A stretch of DNA of 64,000 nt from an uncultured Verrucomicrobiae bacterium (GCA_963813025.1 CAWEXO010000005.1:1-64000); one strand, 5' to 3'. Shown: positions 52,164 through 63,117, counted from the stretch's first letter. The notes: generated by a model not told the origin, from the sequence alone. A program made the numbers and translations.

Positions 52164-54263
52164 ATGAAGCATCATCAAGAGGTTCATTTTTTCGATTACT
52201 GGCGGGTTATTCGCGTCCGCTGGGGGCTGGTCTTGGGGGTGTTTCTGCTGGTGGTAATGGCCGCCGGCATTTTCACCTACTTGTCCCCTCGCCAGTATCG
52301 ATCCTTCGTAACGCTGGAAGTGCAGCCCGACCTGACCCCGGTCCGCATCTTCGAGCATCAGACCCAAGCTGAGGCCAGCGATGACCGGAAATTCAGCCCG
52401 ACCCAATTTCAGATCCTCTCGCGCAAAGGGGTGCTTTATCCGGTCATCGATCGGCTGAACCTTCAAGCCAAATGGGGTTCAAAGGGAGAAGCCCTACCCA
52501 GGGAGATTGCCTACACGAAGCTGCTGCGGATGTTAACGGTCGAAGAGATCAGAAACACCAATCTCATTCAGATCAACGTTGAGAGCCCCGACCCCCGAGA
52601 AGCTGCGCTCCTGGCCAATACGATTGCCCAGGTGTACATGGAGCAGCGGATTGCCGAGCAGCAGAGCATCGTTTCCCAAGGTCTGGACCAGTTGCGCGAT
52701 GAAGTAAAGCAAAAGGAAGAGGCCGTGCGACAGGCCTATGCGGAAGCATCCCGGCTGCGGACCCAGGCCAACATTATCGATCCCAATCCCGACAGTCTGG
52801 AGGCCGGCGGTGGCGGCCGGGTGGAAGATACCAGCGTGATTTCTAATGAGGAAAAGGTTAACCAGGCCAGATCTCAGGTCGCCCAGTTGCGCAGTCGGGT
52901 AGCCGAGCTCGAGCAGGTGAAGTCCGAAGATTTAATGCGCGCGGGCGGGCAGCTCGATCTAAACGATCCCATCATCGCGTCCACCTTACCGACCTACCAA
53001 ACTGCCCAGGCCGAGAAAGCCAGACTGCTCCACGCAGGTCTGGGCCCGAATCATCCAGACGTCAGAGCTGTGCAGGCTCAAATCGACACAATCGCAAAAC
53101 AGTTGCAGCAACAGATTGATAGCATTCGTAAAGGGCTTACTGCGCAGCTGGCCATTGCCGAGGCTTCGCTCAAAGGCCTGGAGACAAACCTTCACACAAG
53201 TCAGAGCGAGCAGCAGGCCACGAAAACCGTGGGCGCTCAATACCAGGATGCCAAATACAGATATATCCAGGAGCGCAATCTATTGGAACAGGCCAAGACC
53301 CGGCTCAGCACCGAGTCGATGGAGCGCACGATGCCTCGAATAGCAGCCTTTATTCGCGATCGGGCCGAACCGGCCCTGTTTCCGAGCAAGCCGAGCCTGG
53401 TGAAGAACATGCTTCTGGGCATGGCCGCTGGCCTCGTACTGGGGATTGGCTTGGCCTTCCTGCTAGACTACCTCGATATCAGTGTAAGAACCATCGACGA
53501 TGTGGAGGAGTTCTTAGAGCTCCCCGTTCTGGCCATCATTCCAAGAGGGATTAAGCTGCTCCCACGGGCGGACGAAGATTCCTCGGACGCGGAGGCGTAT
53601 CGAATCCTCAAGACCAACGTCGATCTGAGTGCCAAAAGGACTCATGCGACGGCCTTCAATGTGATCAGTGGTGGCGCTTCGGAAGGTAAATCGACCACCG
53701 TGTGCAATCTGGCCACCAGCTGGGCGGCCAGCGGTCAACGGGTTCTGGTGATTGACGGCGACATGCGTCGTCCCTCCCAACATCACCTCCTGGAAATGGA
53801 TAACCATGTGGGCCTGGGTGAATACCTGAAGGCCACGGCCACCTTGGATGAGGTGATTCAGCCCACCAACGTGGGCAACCTTTATCTTGTGGCGGCCGGT
53901 TCGCGCTCGACCGACGTCGTCAGCCTCCTGAGCTCAGAAGCCATGGTGCAGCTGATCAAGGAGGCCAGGGAGCGATTTGATGTTATCCTGATCGACTCGC
54001 CCCCTCTGCTGGGAGTAAGCGACGCCTCAATTCTTTCCAGCCTGGTGGATTATTCGATCATCGTCATTGAACATCGGCGTTTCCCTCGCTCGGTGCTGCT
54101 GCGGGTCAAGAAAACCATCGAAAATATTGGCAGCCGCAGTTTGGGCGTGGTTCTGAACAAGGTCGATGTTCGTCACGATCAGAACTATCCCTTCTATACG
54201 AGCTACAATCAGTACTACACCAAACGGAACAAGGCCAAGAAACCGATGGCGCTTTTGAAATGA
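52164..54263 (+). CDS. wzc: Polysaccharide co-polymerase / BY-kinase (Wzc-like)
   Basis: Two TM helices, periplasmic coiled coil, SGGASEGKSTT, IDGDMRRP, IDSPP, Tyr cluster NYPFYTSYNQYY. Confidence 0.9.
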   Translation: MKHHQEVHFFDYWRVIRVRWGLVLGVFLLVVMAAGIFTYLSPRQYRSFVTLEVQPDLTPVRIFEHQTQAEASDDRKFSPTQFQILSRKGVLYPVIDRLNLQAKWGSKGEALPREIAYTKLLRMLTVEEIRNTNLIQINVESPDPREAALLANTIAQVYMEQRIAEQQSIVSQGLDQLRDEVKQKEEAVRQAYAEASRLRTQANIIDPNPDSLEAGGGGRVEDTSVISNEEKVNQARSQVAQLRSRVAELEQVKSEDLMRAGGQLDLNDPIIASTLPTYQTAQAEKARLLHAGLGPNHPDVRAVQAQIDTIAKQLQQQIDSIRKGLTAQLAIAEASLKGLETNLHTSQSEQQATKTVGAQYQDAKYRYIQERNLLEQAKTRLSTESMERTMPRIAAFIRDRAEPALFPSKPSLVKNMLLGMAAGLVLGIGLAFLLDYLDISVRTIDDVEEFLELPVLAIIPRGIKLLPRADEDSSDAEAYRILKTNVDLSAKRTHATAFNVISGGASEGKSTTVCNLATSWAASGQRVLVIDGDMRRPSQHHLLEMDNHVGLGEYLKATATLDEVIQPTNVGNLYLVAAGSRSTDVVSLLSSEAMVQLIKEARERFDVILIDSPPLLGVSDASILSSLVDYSIIVIEHRRFPRSVLLRVKKTIENIGSRSLGVVLNKVDVRHDQNYPFYTSYNQYYTKRNKAKKPMALLK

Positions 54264-54832
54264 TGATGAGTACGAAAGTTTGGCTGTTGCGGGCGGCTTG
54301 GCTGCTGAGTTTTGCTTGTGCCACCAGTGTCGCGGTGGCCGACGCCATTTTACGTCCGGGCGATCAGATTGAGCTGAAACTAGGTGGTGTCCCCTCGACC
54401 GAGAGCACGTCGGTCAGCGGTACCTACACCATTGATGGCGGCGGAAGTGTGAACCTCCCCTATATTGGCCGGGTAAAGATTGCTGGGCTTGCTCCAGGGA
54501 CAGCTCAATCCACCATCGAGAGTGTTTATAAGGGGCGCGCTATCTACACAAATCCTACTGTCGTCATCACAATGCAGGAGAAATCGCGCTACGTGAACGT
54601 CGGCGGAGAAGTCAAAACACCCCAACGTGTCCCATATACTCCAGATTTAACGGTGCTGAGTTCGATCAATGCCGCGGGCGGATTTTCGCCCTACGCTGAT
54701 CAACGCAAAGTTCGATTGTTGCGTGGTAAACAGTCTACGATCGTCGACGTCAAGAAAATTCGCACCAATCCATCGCTCGACCTGCCATTGGAGCCGGGCG
54801 ATCGCATCGACGTGCCGATGTCGATTTTTTAG
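54260..54832 (+). CDS. wza: Short OPX/Wza-family polysaccharide export protein
   Basis: LRPGDQI, IDGGGSVNLPYIGRVKIAG (Poly_export), VGGEVKTP...AAGGF...LEPGDRI (SLBB). Confidence 0.88.
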   Translation: MMMSTKVWLLRAAWLLSFACATSVAVADAILRPGDQIELKLGGVPSTESTSVSGTYTIDGGGSVNLPYIGRVKIAGLAPGTAQSTIESVYKGRAIYTNPTVVITMQEKSRYVNVGGEVKTPQRVPYTPDLTVLSSINAAGGFSPYADQRKVRLLRGKQSTIVDVKKIRTNPSLDLPLEPGDRIDVPMSIF

Positions 54833-54991
54833 GCAGCTTGAGGCTAAAATTAGCGCAACCGGAGCAGATCAGGTGCGTCAGTAGAAGTTGTCTTTACGGT
54901 TGGAGCGGCATGGAAGGGTTTTGATATATGGAAGGTGCAATTGAATTCACAATGAGAGGGGCTTTGGACCAGTTGATTTTCGTCTAATCCC

Positions 54992-56455
54992 ATGAGCAAA
55001 CTTGATCTCGTAATGGTCGCTGCGGATCGTGAGGTGCCAAGAGCAAAGGGCCCGCGCCAAACAGTCGCACTCGGTCGTAAACAACAGTTGAATTTACAAC
55101 TCAACCAAGTGATCGACGCGGTGTTGCTGGTCTTTTCGCTGTGGAGCGCCCACCTCTTGCGTGAGTACACTGGCCATTTCGACGGAATCGCGAAGATCGA
55201 GCCTTTCGAAGCGTATCTTTGGCTTATTGTGGTCATTATGCCGGTGGGCCCGCTGCTCTTAGAATTTCAGGGATTTTACAATTTTCCATTGCAGAAAAGC
55301 CCCTGGAAATCTCTGAGCCAGGTAGCTCAGGCATTGCTTTGGTTGGGCGTATTGATCGCTGGGTGCGCGGTTTTTTTTCGCCTGAATATTGAAAGCCGAT
55401 CGGTCCTGATACTGTTTCCGCTAATCAGCGCGATCGTTCTGCTGACCAAAGAACACGTTGCTGTTGCGTATCTTAAATCGCACGTTCGCAGCGGACAGTA
55501 TCGAGAAAAGGTTATCTTGGCGGGCTCTGCGGAGGAGATCCTCCAGCTCTCGCGCCGGTTCAGAGAGGATGAATTCGCTCAAATTGACATCGTTGAGCGC
55601 ATCAACATCTCCTACCAACCCGTCTCTGATCTGGTCAAAGCAATACACGAGCATTCTGTCGGCCGCGTGATCTTCGCGAGTGCAAAGACCGAATTGCGAC
55701 TCGTGGAAGAAGCGATCGCGGCGTGCGAGATCGAAGGGGTTGAGGCGTGGCTCATGGCCGATTTTATCCGGACTTCGATTGCTCGACCGGCTTTTGACAT
55801 GTTTGGCCCACAACCGATGCTTGTCTTCCGTTCTACTCCAGAGATCTCCTGGGCGCTCCTAGCGAAGAGAATGATTGATCTCATCGGCTCAAGCATTGGA
55901 ATTCTGCTCCTGTCACCTTTGATGCTCATCGTCGCTGTCGCCATCAAGATCTCCTCGCCAGGATCAGCTGTGTTCGTCCAAATGCGCAGCGGCCAATATG
56001 GCCGGCCTTTCCGGATGTTTAAGTTCCGGTCGATGTATTCGGATGCCGAACAGCGGCGGCAGGAACTTGATGCCCTTAATCAGATGAGTGGACCGGTATT
56101 TAAACTTGACCGCGATCCGAGGATCACACCACTCGGGCGCTGGATACGGAAGTGCAGCATCGACGAATTACCTCAACTTTTTAACGTCTTCCTTGGCCAG
56201 ATGAGCTTAGTGGGTCCCCGGCCTCTCCCGGTCTACGAAGTAGAAAATTTCGCAAATCCGGCGCAGCGCCGCCGCCTGAGTGTCAAACCGGGTCTGACTT
56301 GTCTCTGGCAAATAAGTGGGCGCAATAATGTAAAAGAATTTGAGACCTGGGTAAAACTTGATCTGCAGTACATCGACGGTTGGTCGATTTGGCTGGACCT
56401 CAAAATTCTTTTGTGCACAATCCCTGTGGTGCTCTTCGGCTATGGCGCCAAGTGA
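54992..56455 (+). CDS. Priming polyprenyl glycosylphosphotransferase (WcaJ/WbaP-like)
   Basis: N-terminal TMs; KRMID, FKFRSM, DPRITPLG, DELPQL.NV..G.MSLVGPRP, KPGLT..WQ. Confidence 0.93.
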   Translation: MSKLDLVMVAADREVPRAKGPRQTVALGRKQQLNLQLNQVIDAVLLVFSLWSAHLLREYTGHFDGIAKIEPFEAYLWLIVVIMPVGPLLLEFQGFYNFPLQKSPWKSLSQVAQALLWLGVLIAGCAVFFRLNIESRSVLILFPLISAIVLLTKEHVAVAYLKSHVRSGQYREKVILAGSAEEILQLSRRFREDEFAQIDIVERINISYQPVSDLVKAIHEHSVGRVIFASAKTELRLVEEAIAACEIEGVEAWLMADFIRTSIARPAFDMFGPQPMLVFRSTPEISWALLAKRMIDLIGSSIGILLLSPLMLIVAVAIKISSPGSAVFVQMRSGQYGRPFRMFKFRSMYSDAEQRRQELDALNQMSGPVFKLDRDPRITPLGRWIRKCSIDELPQLFNVFLGQMSLVGPRPLPVYEVENFANPAQRRRLSVKPGLTCLWQISGRNNVKEFETWVKLDLQYIDGWSIWLDLKILLCTIPVVLFGYGAK

Positions 56456-56531
56456 GCCGACCTCCGGGGTCCAGACGCCTTCGGCCCATTTATCAAAGAA
56501 TGTCTCGCAAGATCCCGCTGGCGCACGGCCC

Positions 56532-56654
56532 GTAGGGCGAAAATTCATTCGAGCGTCAGCGAGAACTTGTTTGAGCCGCGTTGGAGGTGTGGCACATGCC
56601 TTATGTCCGGCTCAAACGAGTCCTCGCTAAAGCTCGGATAAATTTTCGCCCTAC
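56532..56654. repeat. GTAG-type REP doublet / long hairpin
   Basis: gtagggcgaaaatt...gtttgagccg pairs with cggctcaaac...aattttcgccctac; lies between convergent genes. Confidence 0.75.
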
Positions 56655-56689
56655 CGGAGCAGGGCCGAGGCTAGATTGCGAGACAGCCT

Positions 56690-56823
56690 CTTCAACCCAA
56701 CCCTTTGGGGCGCGGCCAGGTGGCTGTTTTCGACGTTACTACTGCCAGTCCGGCCCGGACCGCTTTGGCGGCGATCCATTTGAACCCAACGACGGCACCG
56801 GTATATGCGAGACGGTGCACAAG
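56690..56823. mobile_element. Rearranged relic of the 939-1235 MITE
   Basis: 56690-56737 is the reverse complement of ~1045-1092; 56739-56823 matches the right end (ctactgccagtccgg...gtatatgcgagacggtgcac). Confidence 0.75.
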
Positions 56824-56837
56824 GATTTTGCTTCCAA

Positions 56838-57200
56838 TCACTGTCCGCTGGTGGCCTGATCCGGCGTGACCTCAAACGGGGCAACAGTAAGGTCTTCGTT
56901 GGCTACCCAGCCTAATCGGCTTCCAACGGCGGTCTCAACCAAGCTGAAGCCAAACTGTTTCCGGACGACTCGCACCAAAGTTCCTTTTCGCAGTGTGGCG
57001 TCAGGCATCGTGAACTGTTGCGGACCAGTACCGTACAACGGCACATTGTCCCTAACAGTCACCTGCAAGTTCTCCTCGGTAATAGCCGGCAAGACAGCCG
57101 CATAAGCCGCGGCCGCTGGATCCGGCTTTCCAGCCTGGCAAGCGCTGAGAATCGTGGCAGCACCGACTAGAACAAAAATTTGAGCTGACGTTGCTTGCAT
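56838..57200 (-). CDS. Predicted SH3b-like lipoprotein, paralog of 8837-9376
   Basis: ILSAC lipobox-like; GPQQFTMPDATLRKGTLVRVVRKQFGFSLVE...GWVANEDL. Confidence 0.75.
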   Translation of the reverse strand: MQATSAQIFVLVGAATILSACQAGKPDPAAAAYAAVLPAITEENLQVTVRDNVPLYGTGPQQFTMPDATLRKGTLVRVVRKQFGFSLVETAVGSRLGWVANEDLTVAPFEVTPDQATSGQ

Positions 57201-57459
57201 AAACTTATTCAGTCGAGATTGCTTCGGTCAAAGCGATATGAGCGATGGTATGCTACGCGAGGTCCGGTGGCGAAAGCTGGCGTGGCGTGGTGGGGGTGTC
57301 TTCGGATTCCCAACCTCTATCCATAGATTCGTCCGAGCGCCGTTTTAAAAATCTATAACGCCATAAGGCCGGCAAGCAAGCCCAGGGTCACGGCCATCCT
57401 GGGACCGCTTATAATGGACTTGCCGGTAGCCAGCGAGCCGGAATAGGTTTCCCGGTTTT

Positions 57460-58938
57460 ATGCCAGCTACACCCTACGACCAACTTCTGGCTCGGGCCCG
57501 CGAGGTTTACCTGCTCCGCTCCTCCTACGCTATTCTTCAATGGGACGAGGAGACTTATCTTCCTCCAAAAGCTGTGCCGTTTCGGGCCGAGCAGCTCAGC
57601 TTTCTCGAAGGGAAGGCACATGTTCTGGCCACCGATCCGCAAGTGGATGATTGGTTGAAGGTATGTGAAGACCATGGCTATTCGCCGGAGTCCGATGAAG
57701 CAGCTAACCTCCGGGAGTGGCGCCGCGAATACGAACGCGCGACCAAACTTCCGGTCGAGCTTGTCGAAGAGTTCGAACGTGTTTGCGCCTTGGCTCGCAA
57801 CGCCTGGAAGCAGGCGCGCCGCGAGTCTGATTACTCGATTTTTGCTCCGCATCTTTCGAAGATTCTCGAGCTATCACGGAAGCGCGCCGATTTATGGGGT
57901 TACGCCGATTCACCTTACGACGCTTTACTGGAAGGGTATGAACCGGGAGCTACCGTGAAAAGCGTCGGCCCCGTTTTCGCCGAGTTGCAGCCGGCACTCC
58001 GTAATCTGCTTGACCAGATAGGCGATCGCTCCGTTCCCGAAGATTTCCTCAAAGGCGATTACCCAACAAGCGGTCAACAGTCTCTGAACCATCGGCTTGC
58101 CGCCGCTTTCGGTTACGACTTTGAGGCTGGCCGTATTGACGAAACCACCCACCCGTTTATGACGACCTTGGGGCCGTCCGATCAACGGGTGACGACCCGC
58201 TACGATGTGCGGATGTTCCAAACGTCTTTCTATGGTGTCCTCCATGAGGTCGGTCATGCGCTCTATGAGCAAGGACTTAGTAAGGATGACGCCGGCACGC
58301 CGATCGGTACGGCGCGTTCGCTGGGAATTCACGAATCACAATCGCGGCTTTGGGAGAATCATGTCGGACGGTCACCCCAGTTCTGGAACAAATGGCACGG
58401 CACCGCCGTCGAGCATCTTCCAGCGCTGGAACGCTTTACGCCGGACGACCTCGCCCGCGGTGTGCAAAGGGTCGCTCCCTCCTTCATCCGCGTGGAAGCA
58501 GATGAAGTCACGTACGATCTCCACATTCTACTGCGTTTCGAGATCGAGATCGATCTCATCGAGAACAGACTTGGTGTGAAAGATCTTCCCGCGCGCTGGA
58601 ATCAGCGGTTCAAAGAGTTGTTCGGTTTGGTGGTCCCGACCGACAGTCTGGGACTGCTGCAGGATATCCACTGGAGCATGGGCGGCTTCGGCTATTTCGC
58701 TACCTACTCTTTGGGCAACCTCAACGCAGCGCAGCTCATGGCCGCAGCGGAAAGATCGGTGCCGAATCTTCAGCAGTGTCTCTCGGCGGGCGACTATGGT
58801 CCCCTTCTCCAATGGCTGAGGAGCAACGTTCACCAGCACGGTCAGCGATTTTCTCCCAGCGAGTTGATGAGGCGAGCGACGGGTGAACCGACCCAGGCAA
58901 AATACCGCATCGAGTATTTGAGAAACAAATACCTCTAA
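57460..58938 (+). CDS. Carboxypeptidase Taq (M32 family)
   Basis: HPF, HEVGH, HESQSR, IRVEADE, QDIHW, GYFATYSLG. Confidence 0.95.
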   Translation: MPATPYDQLLARAREVYLLRSSYAILQWDEETYLPPKAVPFRAEQLSFLEGKAHVLATDPQVDDWLKVCEDHGYSPESDEAANLREWRREYERATKLPVELVEEFERVCALARNAWKQARRESDYSIFAPHLSKILELSRKRADLWGYADSPYDALLEGYEPGATVKSVGPVFAELQPALRNLLDQIGDRSVPEDFLKGDYPTSGQQSLNHRLAAAFGYDFEAGRIDETTHPFMTTLGPSDQRVTTRYDVRMFQTSFYGVLHEVGHALYEQGLSKDDAGTPIGTARSLGIHESQSRLWENHVGRSPQFWNKWHGTAVEHLPALERFTPDDLARGVQRVAPSFIRVEADEVTYDLHILLRFEIEIDLIENRLGVKDLPARWNQRFKELFGLVVPTDSLGLLQDIHWSMGGFGYFATYSLGNLNAAQLMAAAERSVPNLQQCLSAGDYGPLLQWLRSNVHQHGQRFSPSELMRRATGEPTQAKYRIEYLRNKYL

Positions 58939-58954
58939 CGTATCCTCCTCGCGC

Positions 58955-59764
58955 GTGTATCGGTGTGCAGGAGTCGCGACAACTTTTTCTCCCCGTTTCC
59001 TGGCGGTTCTCGCAGAAGCCGCTCGGATCAGCCGGGTGGCCAACTTGCCTCTAGAGCTGATCCACGCGGACGTATTTGATGCGGAAAAGAACGAACGTTT
59101 TCGCACCGCTCTCGCACGCCTGGGCCTAGGTGGAGAAACTCCGGTTCACTTCCAGGCCGGCGAACCGGCCGAAGCGATCCTTCGTGTACAAGCGGCGACG
59201 GGAATGGACTTGATCATTGCCGGCGCTTTGGAGCGGGAAAGCGTTCATCGAAATTTTACCGGAAACGTCGCGCGTGAACTCTTGCGGCGTGCTTCTTGCG
59301 ATCTAATTCTCTTTGTTGACCCAAGTGAAAGGCCCAAACCGCTCGGCAGATTTTTTGTCCTGCTGCCGGACTTCAGCGCACCCAGCCGGCGAGCTTTTCA
59401 CCGCGCACTCGACCTGGCCGAGCTGGTGGATGCGGTGCAGCTTTCGGCCATTCACGTGCAAACGACCTTTGCCGAAGCCAAAGAGAAGGTCTCAGGGAGT
59501 TCCTGCTCGCCCGAGCAGAGCTTGGAAGCGTTGGTGAACGAGCGCCGGGAAAGTCCGGTTGAGCTGGACTATCATCTTCTGCGCGGCAACACCGGATTCA
59601 ACGCGTTTGAATACATTCAGTCGAGCAAGGCAGACCTGCTGGTCATGCCGTCCCAAATCGATCCGTCTGGCCGGCCGGTCTTTGCTCCGGTTCTGGATTG
59701 GGTGATTCAGGTTATCCCGAGCAACCTGTGGGTTATCCGCGAGCCTGCATCGGCGGAGCCGTAG
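58955..59764 (+). CDS. Universal stress protein family (two USP-like domains)
   Basis: GEPAEAIL...DLIIAG...GNVARELLRRASCD; second ADLLVMPS segment. Confidence 0.78.
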   Translation: MYRCAGVATTFSPRFLAVLAEAARISRVANLPLELIHADVFDAEKNERFRTALARLGLGGETPVHFQAGEPAEAILRVQAATGMDLIIAGALERESVHRNFTGNVARELLRRASCDLILFVDPSERPKPLGRFFVLLPDFSAPSRRAFHRALDLAELVDAVQLSAIHVQTTFAEAKEKVSGSSCSPEQSLEALVNERRESPVELDYHLLRGNTGFNAFEYIQSSKADLLVMPSQIDPSGRPVFAPVLDWVIQVIPSNLWVIREPASAEP

Positions 59765-59867
59765 CGCCGACGGCCTCGTCGGTATCTCTCGGAAGCGCGC
59801 GAAGCCGCTCTTTGTTTTAAGAGCGGGCGGCCCCATCAGAGGTACCGACGAGGCCGTCGGTGCTACG
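59760..59867. repeat. GTAG-type REP doublet, possible bidirectional terminator
   Basis: gtagcgccgacggcctcgtcggta ... taccgacgaggccgtcggtgctac; each arm has an internal ccgacg/cgtcgg palindrome; between convergent usp and acnA. Confidence 0.8.
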
Positions 59868-59883
59868 CCCGAAAGCTTCCACG

Positions 59884-62617
59884 CTACGCGCTCAGCAACT
59901 GACGCAAGACGTACGGCAGAATCCCGCCATGCCGATAGTACTCGACTTCGATGGGCGTATCGATACGCAAAGTCAGCGGTACATTTTCTTCCTGTCCGCT
60001 CTGACGCTTAATCCGTAAAGTGACTTCCTGCTGAGGACGGAGATCGTTGCTCAGCCCGATCACACTGTAGACTTCCGATCCATCCAAACCAAGGGTCTGG
60101 GCATCCACGTTCTCGGCGAACTGCAAAGGCAGAACCCCCATCCCGACCAGATTCGATCGATGAATTCGCTCAAAACTCGTGGCAACGACCGCTCTAACAC
60201 CAAGCAACCGGGTGCCTTTGGCGGCCCAGTCGCGGCTTGAACCGGTGCCATACTCCTGCCCGGCGATCACCACCAGAGGCACTTCTTCCTTTTGGTAACG
60301 ATCGCGGCATCAAAGATCGAGAGTTGCTCTCCGCTCGGTTGATGGATCGTTACCCCGCCTTCGATCGCCGGGCACCATCAAATTTTTGATCCGAACGTTG
60401 GCAAACGTTCCGCGCGTCATGACCCGATCGTTACCCCGTCGGCTGCCGTAGCTGTTGAAGTCGATCGGCTTGACCCCCCGATCGATCAGGTATCGTCCGG
60501 CCGGTGAACGTCTGTTTGATCGCTCCCGCCGGCGAGATGTGATCGGTCGTGACCGAATCGCCAAAAATCCCGAGCGGGCGCGCATTAAGGATGTCGTGGA
60601 TGTCTTCCACCTCCATCGAAAAGTCATCGAAAAAAGGCGGCTCCTGGATGTAATCGCTTGTCTCGTCCCAAGCGTAGAGATCGCCGCCCGCTGGTCGAGA
60701 TCTCGTTCCATTTCGGATTCTGACTCGCGAAATCCCGGTATAGCTCTCGAAAAATCTCCGGCTTGAGAGCTGAAGCCATCGCATTCTGGATTTCCTCCAT
60801 CGTCGGCCAGAGATCTTTCAGATAAACGTCGTCGCCATCCTTGTCTTTGCCCAGAGGCTCATGAGCCAGATCGATATCAACTCGTCCGGCCAAGTGCAAA
60901 AGCGACCACCAGCGGCGGAGACATCAGGAAGTTCGCGCGGATATTCTGATGAATACGGGCTTCGAAGTTACGATTGCCGGAAAGCACAGCGGCTGCCACC
61001 AGGTCATGCCCGGTGACTACTTCTTCAATCTTGGGATGCAACGGTCCGGAATTACCGATGCAAGTTGTGCAACCGTAGCCAACAATCCCGAAACCCGAGT
61101 TGATCCAGGTAAGGTTGCAAGCCGGTCTTGGCCAGATAATCGGTCACCACTCTTGAACCGGGCGCCATGGAAGTCTTACGGTCGGATCAACTGTCAATCC
61201 ACGCTCAACCGCCTTCTTGGCGAGTAAACCTGCGCCGAGCATAACACTGGGGTTACTCGTATTGGTGCAGCTGGTGATCGCCGCAATCAACACGCTGCCG
61301 TGTCCGATCCGGCCGCTCCGAGCTTCCGGCGTCGAGCAGCAGCTTCTTTTCCGTTCATTGAGACATCGAACCGTTCGGGAAGCTGTGCTTTGTCCTTGCC
61401 GTACCCTCCATTTGCGACTGGCTTGGCAAAGAGCGTCCGGAAAGTCGTGCCAACCTCTGCCAGGTTGATCCGGTCCTGGGGCCGTTTCGGTCCAGCACGG
61501 ATGGCTGGACCTCGCTCAAATCCAGGTCCACTCCGACGCTGTAATCGATTAGCCCGGCTTGCGGCATTCCGAAAAGTTGTTGTGCCCGGAAATATTGTTC
61601 AAACGCACTCGCACTGTGCCTCCGACCGCCCGGTTAGACGCAGATAGTTAACCGATTCCTCGTCGACCGGGAAGAAACCCATGGTCGCCCCGTACTCGGG
61701 CGCCATATTCCCGATCGTCGCCCGGTCCGGCAAAGTCAGAGAAGCGGCCCCTTCTCCGTAAAATTCAACAAACTTCCCGACCACCTTTTTCGCCCGCAAG
61801 AGTTGAGTCACGTGGAGCGCCAGGTCGGTCGCCGTAACGCCTTCGCGCAACCGGCCGGACATATGAACACCAACCACTTCCGGCGTTAGAATGTAGACTG
61901 GTTGCCCCAGCATGCCCGCTTCGGCTTCAATCCCGCCGACACCCCAACCCACGATCCCAAGTCCATTAATCATGGTGGTGTGTGAATCGGTGCCCACCAG
62001 TGTATCGGGAAAAAGAGCTCGCCCGCATCAGTCTGCCGGCTGAGCACTCCTTTCGCCAGATATTCGAGATTGACCTGATGAACGATCCCGATCCCCGGTG
62101 GAACGACTCCAAACGTCTCGAAGGCTTGTTGTCCCCACTTCAACAGCTCGTACCGTTCCCGGTTCCGCTTGAATTCCATGTCGAGGTTCAGCGCCAAAGC
62201 TTCGGGAATGCCGGCGAAATCAACTTGTACGGAGTGATCCACCACCAAATCTACCGGCACGAGCGGCTCTATCAGTTTCGGATCCCGTTTGAGCCTGGCT
62301 ACCGCCGCGCGCATCGCCGCCAGATCGACCAGCAAGGGTACGCCGGTGAAATCCTGCAGGACAATTCGAGCGACCACAAAGGGCACCTCTTCGGCCGCGG
62401 GGTTGCTCGCTGACCAACCTGCTAACGCTTTGACATTTTCTTCGGTGACCTTCTTGCCGTCGCAGTTCCGCAGCACCGATTCCAAGACGATGCGAATACT
62501 TACCGGCAATCGGGAAATCTTTCCGTAGCCGGCCTCTTCCAAAGCCGGCAAAGAATAGTAAATACCTTTTCGCCCATCCTCTAGATCGAGTGGGCGAATC
62601 ATTTTCTCAGAAAACAT
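59884..62617 (-). CDS. acnA: Aconitate hydratase A, split by multiple apparent indels
   Basis: [58 protein letters not shown] distributed over at least seven ORF fragments. Confidence 0.93.
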
Positions 62618-62628
62618 ACCCAGATAAC

Positions 62629-63117
62629 TTATCCAAGTTCCTCCAGTTTTGCCCGGATCGCATCGAAATTCGGTACTTGCTTCGGATCATCCGAACTTTC
62701 CGCGTATTGAATAACTCCGTTGCGATCGATCACGAAAGCCGAGCGTTTGGCTATGCCGGCCAATGGCAGCTTGCCCTGCAGAAAGCTTTCATAGGCGACA
62801 TCATAAAGCCGGGCGACGGAATGATCATAATCACTGAGCAAGGGCAGCTTGATCGATTCTTTCTTCGCCCATTCTTCCAGGGCGAACGGACTGTCCCCGC
62901 TGATTCCAAGAACGGTCGAATTGGAATCATATCGCTGAATTGAATCAGAGACGCTGCACATTTCCGACGTACACACGCCGGTGAAAGCGGCCGGAAAAAA
63001 CAGCAACAGAACTTTGTTCTTACCGAATTGATCGCTCAGCTTCACCAATTCAAATCCACTGGACGACTTGGTGGCCAAGGTGAAATCTGGTGCTTTCGAG
63101 CCGACAGGGAGAGCCAT
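62629..63117 (-). CDS. Peroxiredoxin (AhpC/TSA, AhpE/BCP-like)
   Basis: [24 protein letters not shown] (PxxxTxxC), LLSD, RSAFVID. Confidence 0.9.
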   Translation of the reverse strand: MALPVGSKAPDFTLATKSSSGFELVKLSDQFGKNKVLLLFFPAAFTGVCTSEMCSVSDSIQRYDSNSTVLGISGDSPFALEEWAKKESIKLPLLSDYDHSVARLYDVAYESFLQGKLPLAGIAKRSAFVIDRNGVIQYAESSDDPKQVPNFDAIRAKLEELG

